DNA of 64,000 nucleotides, from NCBI RefSeq assembly GCF_963921235.1, contig NC_086097.1:71736001-71800000 (forward strand). The letters run 5' to 3'. Position numbers and translations under genes: made by a program. The DNA is from Mobula hypostoma (taxonomy: Eukaryota). This document shows positions 13,625-24,794 of this stretch, in pieces. Within the stretch, counting starts at the first letter, position 1, and each line of letters begins with the position of its first letter. The notes under the pieces are model-generated. The model was not told the origin of the DNA. It saw nothing but the letters and a program-made list of their open reading frames with translations, and ran no database searches.

Positions 13625-14176
13625 GCTGTACTCATTCTACACTCATGACTGTGTGGTAGGTACAGCTCAAATGTCTTCTATAAATGTGCCGATAACACAG
13701 CTGCTGTTGGCAGAATCTCAGATGTTACAGGAGTGAGATAAAATGGCTGGTTGAGTGTGGTGTCACAGCAACAAACATTCACTTAATGTCATCAAGACCA
13801 AGATATTCTTGGTCACTTAATCACTGGGAGAGCACACACCAATTCTCATTGGATTGAGGGATCATTGAAGGAAAAAGTGGGCTGCTTCAGGTTCCTGGGC
13901 ATCAACATCTCATTGGATCTATCTTCGGGCCAACACATTGATGGAATGATGAAGAAGGTACACCAACTGTTATCTTTGTTAGGAGTTTGGAGGATTTGAT
14001 ACATCACCAAACACTTCCAAATTTCTACAGATTTATGATGGAGAGCATTCTGACTGGCTGCATCACAGCCTGGTGTGGTAGATCTAATGTGCAGGATAGA
14101 AACAGGCTGCAGCGGGTTGTAGACCTAGCCAGGTTCAACACAGGCACAACCCTCCCCATCGTTGAAACATTTTCAA
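13625..14176 (+). mobile_element. Rex1/Babar-like LINE, left part (resumes at 18004)
   Basis: ORF 13987.. TLPNFYRFMMESILTGCITAWCG...TGTTLPIVETFSR. Confidence 0.75.
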
Positions 14177-16096
14177 GAGGCAGATGAGCTTAGAGCGTGG
14201 ATCAGTACTTGGAGCTATGATGTTGTGGTCATTACAGAGACTTGGATGGTTCAGAGGCAGGAATGGCTACTTAGAGTGCCAGGCTTTAGATGTTTCAGAA
14301 AGGACAGGGAGAGAGGCAAAAGAGGTGAGGGTGTGGTTCTGCTGATCAGAGATAGTGTCACGGCTGCAGAAAAAGAGGAAGTCATGGAAGGGTTGTTTAC
14401 CGAGTCTCTGTGGGTGGAAGTTAGGAATAGGAAAGGGTCAATAACACTACTGGGTGTTTTTTACAGATCATCCAATAGTAACAGGGACATTGAGGAGAAG
14501 ATAGGGAGACAGATTCTGGAAAGAAGTGATAATAACAGGGTTGTTGTGGTGGGAAATTTTAATTTCCCAAATATTGATTGGCATCTCCCTAGTAAGGAGT
14601 TTAGATGGTGTGGAGATTGTTAGGTGTGTTCAGGAAGGTTTCTTGACACAATATGTGGATAGGCCTACAAGAGGAGAGACTATACTTGATCTGGTATTGG
14701 GAAATGAACCTGTCAGGTGTCAGGTCTCTCAGTGGGAGAGCATTTTGGAGATAGTGATAATAATTCTAACTCCTTTACCATAGCATTGGAGAGGGATAGG
14801 AACAGACAAGTTAGGGAAACGTTTAATTGCAGTAAAGGGAAATTAGAGGATTACAGGGTTGCAAATGTTGTTCCCTTATTCAAGAAAGGGAGTAGAGATA
14901 GCCCAGGAAATTATAGTGCAGTGAGTCTTACTTCAGTGGTTGGTAAGTTGATGGAGAAGATCCTGAGAGGCAGGATTTGGAAATGAACATTTGGAGGAAG
15001 AGCAGTAGACATAGTGTATATGGATTTCAGCAAGGCATTTGATAAGTTAACCCATGCAAGGCTTATTGAGAAAGCAAGGAGGCATGGGATTCAAGGGGAC
15101 ATTGCTTTGTGGATCCAGAATTGGCTTGCCCACAGAAGGCAAAGAATGGTTGTAGATGGGTCATATTCTGTGTGGAGGTCGGTGACCAGTGGTGTGCTTC
15201 AGGGATCTGTCCTGGGACCCCACTTATTTGTGATGTTTATAAATGACCTGGATAAGGAAGTGGAGGGATGGGTGAGTAAATTAGTTGATGATACAAAGGT
15301 TGGGGGTGGTGTGAATAGTGTGGAGTGCTGTCAGAGGTTACAGCGGGACATCGAAAGGATGCAAATCTGGGCTGAGAGGTGGCTGGTGGAGTTCAACCCA
15401 GGTAAGTGTGAAGTGGTTTATTTTGGTAGGTTGAATATAATAGCAGAATATAGTATTAATGGCAAGACTCTTGGCAGTGTGGAGGATCAGAGGGATCCTG
15501 GGATCCGAGTCCATAGGACACTCAAAGCTTCTGTGCAGGTTGACTGTGTGGTTACGGAGGCATACGGTTATTGGCCTTCATCAACCGTTGGATTGAGTTC
15601 AAGAGCCGAGAGGTAATGTTACAGCTATGTTAAACCCTGGTCAGACCCAACTTGGAGTACTGTGCTCAGTTCTGGTAGCCTCACTATAGGAAGGACGTGG
15701 AAACGATAGAAAGAGTGCAGAGGAGATTTACAAGGATGTTGCAAGGATTGGGAGCCCTCCTTATGAGAAAAGGTTGAGTGAAATTGGCCTTTTCTCCTTG
15801 GAGTGACGGAGGATGAGTGACCTGATAGAAGTGTATAAGATGATGAGAGGCATTGATCATGTGGGTAGTCAGAGGCTTTTTCCCAGGGCTTAAAATGCTA
15901 ACAAACATGAGAGGGCACAGCTTTAAGGTGCTTGGAAGTAGGTACAAAGGAGATGTCAGGGGTAAGTTTTTTTACACGGAGAGTGGTGAGTGTGTGGAAT
16001 GGGCTGCTGGTGACGGTGGTGGAGATGGATACAATAGGGTATTTTAAGAGACTCTTGTATAGGTATATGGAGCTTAGAAGAACAGAGGGCTATGTG
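14177..16096 (+). mobile_element. CR1 LINE ORF2 (APE+RT) with internal deletions; 3'UTR continues at 17901-18003
   Basis: ORFs 14162..14623 (ITETW, YRSSN, GNFNFP) and 15014..15616 (YMDFSKAFDK, GVLQGSVLGP, LVDD); tail ttctatgtttct at about 18000. Confidence 0.9.
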
Positions 16097-16324
16097 CTGT
16101 AGTGCTGTGCTAGCCGGAGTACATCCAGCACATCTTTAAGAAAAAAGCCAAAATAAACAAGCTAATTAATTAGGTGCCACCCAGGATGATTTGAGTATCT
16201 CAGAAACAGCTGATCTCCTGGGATTTTTACGCACAACAGACTCTGGAGTTTACAAAGAATGGTGCCAAAAACAAAAAAAAAATCCAGCGAGTGGATTTAA
16301 CAAGATGTTTTCGCTCACAGATTA

Positions 16325-17549
16325 GTCATAGTAGTCATAGTCATAGTCATACTTCATTGATCCTGAGGGAAACTGGTTTTCGTTACAGTTGCACCATAAA
16401 TAATAAATAGTAATAGAGCCATAAATAGTTAAATAGTAATATGTAAATTATGCTAGTAAATTATGAAATAAGTCCAGGACCAGACTATCGGCACAGGGTG
16501 TCTGACCCTCCAAGGAAGGAGTTGTAAAGTTTGATGGCCACAGGCAGGAATGACTTCCTATGACACTCTGTGCTGCATCTTGGAGGAATGAGTCTCTGGC
16601 TGAATGTACTCCTGTGCCCACCCAGTACATTATGTAGTGGATGGGAGACATTGATCAAGATGGCATGCAACTTAGACAGCATCCTCGTTTCAGACACCAC
16701 TGTCAGAGAGTCCAGTTCCATCCCCACAACATCACTGGCCTTACGAATAAGTTTGTTGATTCTGTTGGTGTCTGCTATCCTCAGCCTGCTGCCCCAGCAC
16801 ACAACAGCAAACATGATAGCACTGGCCACCACAGACTCGTAGAACATCCTCAGCATCGTCCGGCAGATGTTAAAGGACCTCAGCCTCCTCAGGAAGTAGA
16901 GATGGCTCTGACCCTTCTTGTAGACAACCTCAGTGTTCTTTGACCAGTCCAGTTTATTGGCAATTCGTATCCCCAGGTATTTGTAATCCTCCACCATGTC
17001 CACACTGACCCCCTGGATAGAAACAGGAGTCACCGGTTCCTTAGCCCTCCTCAGGTCTACCACCAGCTCCTCAGTCTTTTTCACATTAAGCTGCAGATAA
17101 TTCTGCTCACACCATGTGACAAGGTTTCCTACCGTAGCCCTGTACTCAACCTCATCTCCCTTGCTGATGCATCCAACTATGGCAGAGTCATCTGAAAACT
17201 TCTGAAGATGGCAAGACTCTGTGCAGTAGTTGAAGTCTGAGGTGTAAATGGTGAAGAGAAAGGGAGACAAGACAGTCCCCTGTGGACCCCCAGTGTTGCT
17301 GATCACTCTGTCGGACACACAGTGTTGCAAGCACACGTACTGTGGTCTACCAGTCAGGTAATATAGAATCCATGACACCAGGGGAGCATCCACCTGCATC
17401 GCTGTCAACCTCTCCCCCAGCAGAGCAGGGTGGATGGTGTTGAATGCACTGGAGAAGTCAAAAAACATGACCCTCACAGTGCTCGCTGGCTTGTCCAGGT
17501 GTGCGTAGATACGGTTCAGCAGGTAGACGATGGCATCCTCAACTCCTAG
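16325..17549 (-). mobile_element. Young Rex1/Babar LINE, 5'-truncated, with RT and (CTATGA)n tail
   Basis: Open frame GVEDAI...FFDFSSAFNTI...PQGTVLSPFLF...KFSDD...YKYLG; tail gtcatagtcata at 16325-16351. Confidence 0.9.
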
Positions 17550-17639
17550 CCACTCACTGGATTTTTTTTTGTTTCTGGCAACCCCAGAGTCTGTTGTGCA
17601 TAAAAATCCCAGGAGATCAGCAGTTTCTGAGATACTCAA
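16485..17639 (-). CDS. Chimeric 384-aa ORF: about 30 aa of Tc1 transposase N-terminus fused in frame to Rex1 reverse transcriptase (probably non-functional)
   Basis: ORF track; SISETADLLGF (Tc1-like) joins LGVEDAI (Rex1 RT) at about 17549; first codon is TTG, not ATG. Confidence 0.45.
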   Translation of the reverse strand: MSISETADLLGFLCTTDSGVARNKKKSSEWLGVEDAIVYLLNRIYAHLDKPASTVRVMFFDFSSAFNTIHPALLGERLTAMQVDAPLVSWILYYLTGRPQYVCLQHCVSDRVISNTGGPQGTVLSPFLFTIYTSDFNYCTESCHLQKFSDDSAIVGCISKGDEVEYRATVGNLVTWCEQNYLQLNVKKTEELVVDLRRAKEPVTPVSIQGVSVDMVEDYKYLGIRIANKLDWSKNTEVVYKKGQSHLYFLRRLRSFNICRTMLRMFYESVVASAIMFAVVCWGSRLRIADTNRINKLIRKASDVVGMELDSLTVVSETRMLSKLHAILINVSHPLHNVLGGHRSTFSQRLIPPRCSTECHRKSFLPVAIKLYNSFLGGSDTLCR

Positions 17640-17680
17640 ATCACCCCTGGTGGCACCTAATTAATTAGCTTGTTTATTTT

Positions 17681-17821
17681 CAACGCAAACAACAGGAATT
17701 CTGCAGATGCTGGAAATTCAAGCAACATACATCAAAGTTGCTGGTGAACGCAGCAGGCCGAGCAGCCTCTTCCTATAGATGCTGCTTGGCCTGCTGCATT
17801 CCCCAGCAACTTTGATGTATG
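17681..17821. mobile_element. Miniature Penelope-derived hairpin insertion
   Basis: Inverted acatacatcaaagttgctg...gcagcaggcc / ggcctgctgc...cagcaactttgatgtatgt; 15-bp TSD tagcttgtttatttt at 17666-17680 and 17822-17836. Confidence 0.8.
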
Positions 17822-17900
17822 TAGCTTGTTTATTTTTGTTTTTTTTCTTAAAGGTGTGCTGGACGCACTCCGAGGCGCTCCAGCTAGCACTGCACCGCTG

Positions 17901-18003
17901 GCTATGTGTAACCCTAGGTAATTTCTAAGGGAAGTACATGTTTGGCACAGCATTGTGGGTGAAGGATTGTGCCTGTATTATGCTGTAGCTTTTCTATGTT
18001 TCT
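17901..18003 (+). mobile_element. CR1 3'UTR and tail (continuation of 14177-16096)
   Basis: gtacatgtttggcacagcattgtggg...ttctatgtttct. Confidence 0.8.
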
Positions 18004-18300
18004 GGGTCGTGCCTCAGGAAGGCAGCATCCATCATTAAGGACCCTCACTCTCTCGGACTTACCCTCTTCTCATCACCACCGCTAGGGAGGAGATTACAGG
18101 AGCCCGAACACCGACATTCAACATTTGTCTCCCATCAGATATCTGAGTGGACCATCAAACCTTTAACACTACTTCATTACTCATCTTTTGCACTGGCTAT
18201 TTTTTAACTTATAGTTTTTTTATGTCTTGTACTGTACTGCTGCTACAAAACAATAAATTCCATTTCATCTCAGAAAGAAATAATAAACCTGATTTCGACA
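18004..18300 (+). mobile_element. Rex1/Babar-like LINE 3' end (continuation of 13625-14176)
   Basis: tgcctcaggaaggcagcatccatcattaaggaccctcac encodes CLRKAASIIKDPH; aataaacctgatt tail. Confidence 0.75.
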
Positions 18301-19850
18301 GACTACATCCTATATCCAGGGTAGGACTATCGAATACCACAGGGCAAACTTTAAATAGGGAGAGTGGCAGGAGCTAGTGGTAGAAGCAGATGTGATAAGG
18401 ATGTTGAAGATGCATTTAGATAGAAACATGAAAAAGTAGGGAATAGAGTGATTCAGGGAATATAAGGGATACAGACCAGATGCAGGCAGATGGGATTAAT
18501 TTAGATTAGAATCATGCTATACAGTTCTATGTCAACTTCCTTTGAGGTCTGCAGCAACACCAATGCTTTTCTGCTCTCCACAGAACCAAAGTCTATGTAT
18601 AATGTAATATCTTACCATGGAACATGGTTATTTATTTATTTGAGAAGTTTATATGGAAACAATTTAGGAATGTGCTCTCCTGCAAGTGTATAGATTATCA
18701 TGATTTTACTACCACAAGATGCATTTATGTCATCCCTTCAACAGAGTGAAATACACCTGGTATTTGGCAGAACTGTAACCACTGACAACAGGGCGAACAA
18801 AGAGATTTTCAGATAAGTGCATTCTCCAAAAAACAATAATCGTTGGCTCTGTGAATTGGTTGTGAAGGATGTGATTTGTTTTAATGTTGAAATACAACAT
18901 TGCCTCCAAAATGACATCAAGTATGATTCCATACATCGGTGGCACAGGCCGCTCCAGAGGCCACATTGCCAAATCATGCAGAGAACTCTACAGGTGCTAT
19001 GAATAATTCTGGAGCTCCAAGTTCCAGTTAACAGCATTGCCTAACCTTGCCTTGCAGAACACCGGCAGGAAGTAATAATCATTACTGGGCGGGATGAAAT
19101 CATCAACTATATATGGGTCATTTGCTTCTCCTGATTGCCTTTGCAATTCTGCAGATATTTAATTCACTGTATGAATCCTTAAAGTTGGGAGAATTTGCAG
19201 AGAGTCAATGTAGCAAGTGCTGATGGAGTTTGTCCTGAATTCAAGTAATAGACAAGTCAACTGCTCCCAGGGGTTAATTATTAGGCATTTACTTTGAAGT
19301 ACAAAGTAAAAACTGAAAAAACTTAGCCTGTTGGTGTCAGGAGTCGCTGTTTATTTCTGCATTAATTTGTGCTTTATATTGGTTGGCTAGATGAGTCTTG
19401 GTAAATTGTGTCTTTTGTTTTTGAATTAAAAGTTACTTTATAAGTATTGCAGTTTTCTTTTACTACCCATCTTATTCTTCTTTATGGGCAGTCTCTTAGT
19501 GTGAATGACTCGCTTCTTTTATAGGCTCCTGGGTGGATTGCACAGATTCCACCACAGCTGGACACATAATGCTTGCTGGAGTAGGTGGAGAGGTTGTTAT
19601 GGACATTATTGTTTGCAGATAGCTTCTGTGTGCTCCTTTCCAGATGTTCAGTGCCCTTCAATTTCTGCTGGATGGTTGAAAGCCAAGGTGAGTTGTACAT
19701 TTCCCTGCTCCTCTATGTACTAATTACGCATTAGTTGCTCAGTCGTCAATCAAGGTCAATAGCTCAGGAATTCTCTCCATGAGTCTCCAGCCATTTTGGC
19801 TCCTTCAAGACATTCTTTACAATCAACATCTTTTAGTAATCTATACTATC

Positions 19851-20760
19851 TCCCTTTCTCTTCACCATTTACACCTCGGACTTCAACTACTGCACAGAGT
19901 CTTGCCATCTTCAGAAGTTTTCTGATGACTCTGCCATAGTTGGATGCATCAGCAAGGGGGATAAGGCTGAGTACAGGGCTACGGTAGGAAACTTTGTCAC
20001 ATGGTGTGAGCAGAATTATCTGCAACTTAATGTGAAAAAGACTAAGGAGCTGGTGGTAGACCTGAGGAGGGCTAAGGAACCGGTGACCCCTGTTTCCATC
20101 CAGGGGGTCAGTGTGGACATGGTGGAGGATTACAAATACCTGGGGATATGAATTGACAATAAACTGGACTGGTCAAAGAACACTGAGGCTGTCTACAAGA
20201 AGGGCCAGAGCCATCTCTATTTCCTGAGGAGACTGAGGTCCTTTAACATCTGTTGGACGATGCTGAGGGTGTTCTACGAGTTTGTGGTGGCCAGTGCTAT
20301 CCTGTTTGCTGTTGTGTGCTGGGGCAACAGATACCAACAGAATCAACAAACTTATTCGTAAGGCCAGTGATGTTGTAGGGATGGAACTGGACTCTCTGAC
20401 GGTGGTGTCTGAAAAGAGGATGCTGTCCAAGTTGCATGCCATCTTGGACAATGTCTCCCATCCACTACATAATGTACTGGGTGGGCACAGGAGTACATTC
20501 AGCCAGAGACTTATTCCACCGAGATGCAACACAGAGCGTCACAGGAAGTCATTCCTGCCTGTGGCCATCAAACTTTACAACTCCTCCCTTGGAGGGTCAG
20601 ACACCCTGAGCCAATAGGCTGGTCCTGGACTTATTTCCTGGCATAATTTACATAATACTATTTAATTATTTATGGTTTTATTACTATTTATTTATGGTGC
20701 AAGTGTAACAAAAACCAGTTTCCCTCAGGATCAATAAAGTATGACTATGACTATGACTAT
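19851..20760 (+). mobile_element. Young Rex1/Babar LINE 3' fragment with (CTATGA)n tail
   Basis: Near-identical to the reverse complement of 16325-17270; ORF 20282..20617; actatc at both junctions. Confidence 0.9.
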
Positions 20761-21244
20761 CATTTCACTACGTGGTTCAATGTCAAGATGTGTTATGAAG
20801 TGGAGAAAAAGATACAATAAAATGAAATAAGACAACAATTTTATTGCGTTCCCGATTAAATCTTACTTACAATTGTTTTGAATTTCAAACTACAGCAGCA
20901 GCAAAAAATATCAATTAACTCTATAGATGCTTTTTTGGAATAACTAATTAAAGCTTTAAATAAAAAAGCTCTTTAACAGTTGTCTGCCTTCTTATCTGGC
21001 TTATTTTCATCATGTTACTGAGAGAAAACGAATTTTGGAGGGTTTTTTTTGCCTCTGTTTCTAATCACATTGGAATGCCTGAAAATGATAAGCTGTCAAG
21101 AATCAGTTAAATTTTCTTTTTTATATTCTTGGTACATTAAGCGTGGTTATATTTGTATTGCTCAGTTAGTAAATGGGTAATTGATCAGACAGTTCAATAG
21201 CAATTAAGAGGGGGCACAGCACTTTCTGTAAAGAAAACCAAATC

Positions 21245-21420
21245 TAGAAATGCTAGAAACACTCAGCAGGTCAGGCAACGTCTGTGGAGAGAGAAACAGT
21301 TAACATTTTAGGTCAATGTCCTTTTATTAGAACTTGAATAAGTTAGAGGTAAAAGGTTGTTGTAAGATGCAAAGGGAGCGGATAAAGAGCTGACAACTAA
21401 AGGGAAGATTCATGTCAGCT
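21245..21420 (-). mobile_element. Old Penelope-like terminal remnant
   Basis: aaatgctagaaacactcagcaggtcaggcaacgtctgtggagagagaaacagttaacatttt. Confidence 0.55.
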
Positions 21421-21548
21421 TGATTCTTAAAAGGTACAGTCAATGGATCGGAAAATACAAGTGAGATAAGTTATAAGCCTATTAACTCCTGATGAAATGG
21501 AAATTAATACACCAAATTAGATGAGGAAATATATAATGAAACAATTTT

Positions 21549-22080
21549 TCTTTCTTTTCCAACGTTTTTATTAAATTTCATATACACAAATACAGATTTC
21601 ATAAGGATCCTTATTATAAAACAAAATAAGGTAGCACAAAATGCACTATATATAAATCACACTGATACAATCACAGTATCCCATATTCATAATCGATCAA
21701 ACAGAATAAATTGAATTATGAAATACAATAATATGGTTAATTATATTATAAAAAACATCTACACCCACTACCAAGAGAAATCTGTTTGGTTAAAAAAAAC
21801 AAAAGGATAAAAAAAAGTACTTTACCATATAGTTTTATAATAATAGCCCAGATCTATATTTTAATAACAATAACAATTCAAAGGTTTTCAGAATAGTTCA
21901 GAAAGGGTCCTCATAGCGTTTGAAAATCTTGATTAGAATCAGAAATCGAATAACGAATCTTCTCTAAATTTAAGCATGACGTAACATCACATAACCATTG
22001 AGCATGTGTGGGGGGGGGGGGGGCAACCTCCTTCCATTTCAGAAAGATCGCCCTCCTAGCCATTAGAGAAATAAAAGCTA
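21549..22080 (-). mobile_element. L1 LINE 3' fragment with TSD
   Basis: Minus strand reads LMARRAIFLKWKEVAP...HAQWLCDVTSCLNLEKIRYS, as in fish L1 ORF2 C-termini; A-rich tail; TSD aaacaatttt at 21539-21548 and 22081-22090. Confidence 0.8.
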
Positions 22081-24794
22081 AAACAATTTTGACAGAACCA
22101 AAGTATTAAGTTAGAATGACCATGTTCATACCTTCTTACAGTATCCTGATTATCCTAAAGAGTCAATCACCCTTATTCTCATTGCTCCAGGATACTGAGC
22201 CTATCGACTCCATTTTGCCTGCGAGTAAAACAATATAGTTTGCTTTTGCTTCAATTACTAGTTGAAGGTTAGATTGTATTTAAGCTAATTAATTGTAGGT
22301 AGAACCACCATTAACCAAGATTAACCCAGTTCAATTAATTCAGTTCACTCCCTTGGTTGCCTGAGAATGGTTGAAAGTGGTAACAATACAGCGTGATTTG
22401 CTCAGTTATGTGTATGATAGGTAATCATTTTCAACTGTAGCTGAAAACAATCCAAAACAAGAAACTTTGCACAACTGCATCAGGAATATCCTAGAGTCTG
22501 AAGTTTTCAATGGACATCCAAAAGCTGTAGCTTACCGCCAATGTTAAATATTTAAGAAAACTTAATGTAGATAAAAGTTATGTAAGAAAGAATAGATTGT
22601 GATTTTAATTGTTTTCCTTCAAAAAAGGTAATTAGATAATTAAAGATGGTATCTATGAGTCATATTTCATCCTTTGTTAATATTCCTTTAATTTCTGAAA
22701 CCTAAAGTGAGAGCAGATATTATGATATTTGCAGATGATGGAAAAGAGGATCTAATAGAAGCCCGAGAATAATAAATAATAGAATCCTTCTTCACTGAAT
22801 GAGGCTCTTTGACCCCACATGCCCGCACTTGCTCTTTGGCAGTACTATACAATTAATCCAAACGTTTCAGCCTTCCCCAGAGCTCTGTAAATCTTTTTTC
22901 CACCAGGAATTGTCCATTGGTTGATAATCTTAGCTGAAATAATTAATAAAACTGATGTTATGTTCATTAGCACATTGATTCACTTGTGTTTATATTTTAA
23001 GCTTTTGGGTATAGCAATAGGCCACTCAGCTCATTGATCCCATCCATATTTTAAAATTGATCATTCTTGATCTGTATCAGAACTCCATCCACCTGTCTTG
23101 GTTCCATATTCATTAATAACCTTGCTAAACAAGTGTGAAAGAAGTTCTTTTGAAAGCCATTGGGAGTTAGGATAACCCATTAATATATGTGAGATTTTTG
23201 TTAAATCTAAAAGAATATTATTCTTGTCTACATAATAAAATGCATTTTTGCCTCTTTGAATATTAATTGAATACTCGGTAAAAAAGTCTTCAGATTGTAT
23301 AATGTGTCAAGAAAAACTCTTCATTTTCACCAACTGCACAAAGACTGCAGCACTCATTCAGAATATAGCAAATCTCATGAGGAAAGAAAGGGAATTAATG
23401 AAGGCTGGAGAAATGCTGGTACTTGAAAGCTAAAAGGTAAATTAAGCAAAATTGAAAAGCTGTAGCACAGAGCCTGGTAAATTAGACTAATTTCAGTCTT
23501 GTTAATGATCAATTTATGTGGCTCTGTCTGCTTTTGTGCTATAGACAGCTTGTCCTTTCAGTAAAAAAAAGTAAATCTGAAAGGTATATCTCCTGTTTAT
23601 TTTTACATAGGTTCCCTTGTTTTGTTTCATATTGGTGTCTCAACTCTTGAATTACAGCTGATAATGGTTCTGATCACTTTAAAATTGTAGATGTGGTTAG
23701 TGTTTTCAGATTAATAGATTGTGTTCAGGTATCCTTCACTTGGTTAAGAAGCCGTGTCATTTTAATGCTTACTTATTGGTCTAAAGTCAGCATATCAGTT
23801 TGCGACTGAACTAATAGAAAGTCCAGATACTGAAATTTTGGAATGGATTGAGAAGTCAGTTATATACTCAGAACAAAAGTGTTCCAGTGACTCTACTCAT
23901 GATTATTTTTAAACAGGCATCGAAACAATGTATATCAAGGTTATATTTCAGGCAGCAACTGAACACCCAATTAAAAATGCTATATACTATGTACTTGCAA
24001 ACAAAAACCTCATCAACAAGGCATCCGCAGCCCTTCCAGGCACAATAATGAAAAACCTTTTATCTCCAGAGATCTCACAACATCCACATAATTGGAATAG
24101 CTTACATTATCTTCGGCTTGTTTCTGAGAAAAAGTTTTCAAATGCACTGAATATATGATGAACTCTGACTAGTCCTGATCCATTTTACCTGCTAAATGTT
24201 TGGGTAAGGTAACAGGTCTGCAGTAAAAGAACATCTTCCATACAATGATTTTTGTATGTTTGCTTTCAGCAGTCAAATCACCCTGGATAGTTTACAGGAG
24301 TGTTATGATACAATATTTGACTCTGAGCTGCCTAACAGGAAAAAATGGCAGAATACCCAAGCCTTGTTTAAATGGATGGGGTTCATCTTACTGGAGGTAG
24401 AGAGGTGTAGAGATTGGGAAAGTCCTAAAATTGTAGGAGTGAAATAGAAACATGCACGACTGGAAATGGTGGAGTGATTAAACGAGGGAATGCTGGGGGG
24501 ATTGTATTTAATATTAGATTATGGTAGACATAGTCATATTGCAAGAGTAAGATGGATTTTAAAAGAAATGGATCATTATAAATTAGGCTAGATCATAAAT
24601 GGATTAAATGGATATTTGTATTTGTAGACAAAGAAATAAAGTTAGTGAGAGATGCATGGAAACTAAATAAGGGGATGAAAAGGAGAATTACTCGTATCAT
24701 TAAGAACAGAGCAAAGTAACAGTTGGTCATTTGGCTCTGAGAATCTGCTATGCCATTCTATTACCTTAGTCTCAGTTTCATGCACTTAACAGCC

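Larger units (their letters stand above)
16097..17900. mobile_element. Fold-back MITE with hAT-like termini and Tc1-transposase-derived arms; contains Rex1 and Penelope insertions
   Basis: 8-bp TSD gctatgtg (16089-16096 and 17901-17908); inverted arms 16097-16294 and 17550-17900; right terminus reads CAGCGGTGCAGTGCTAGC inward; arms encode LSISETADLLGF. Confidence 0.75.

Noticed and set aside
18730..19037. ORFs on both strands near an acceptor-like site
   Set aside because: No recognisable protein; the frame directly after the acceptor stops early
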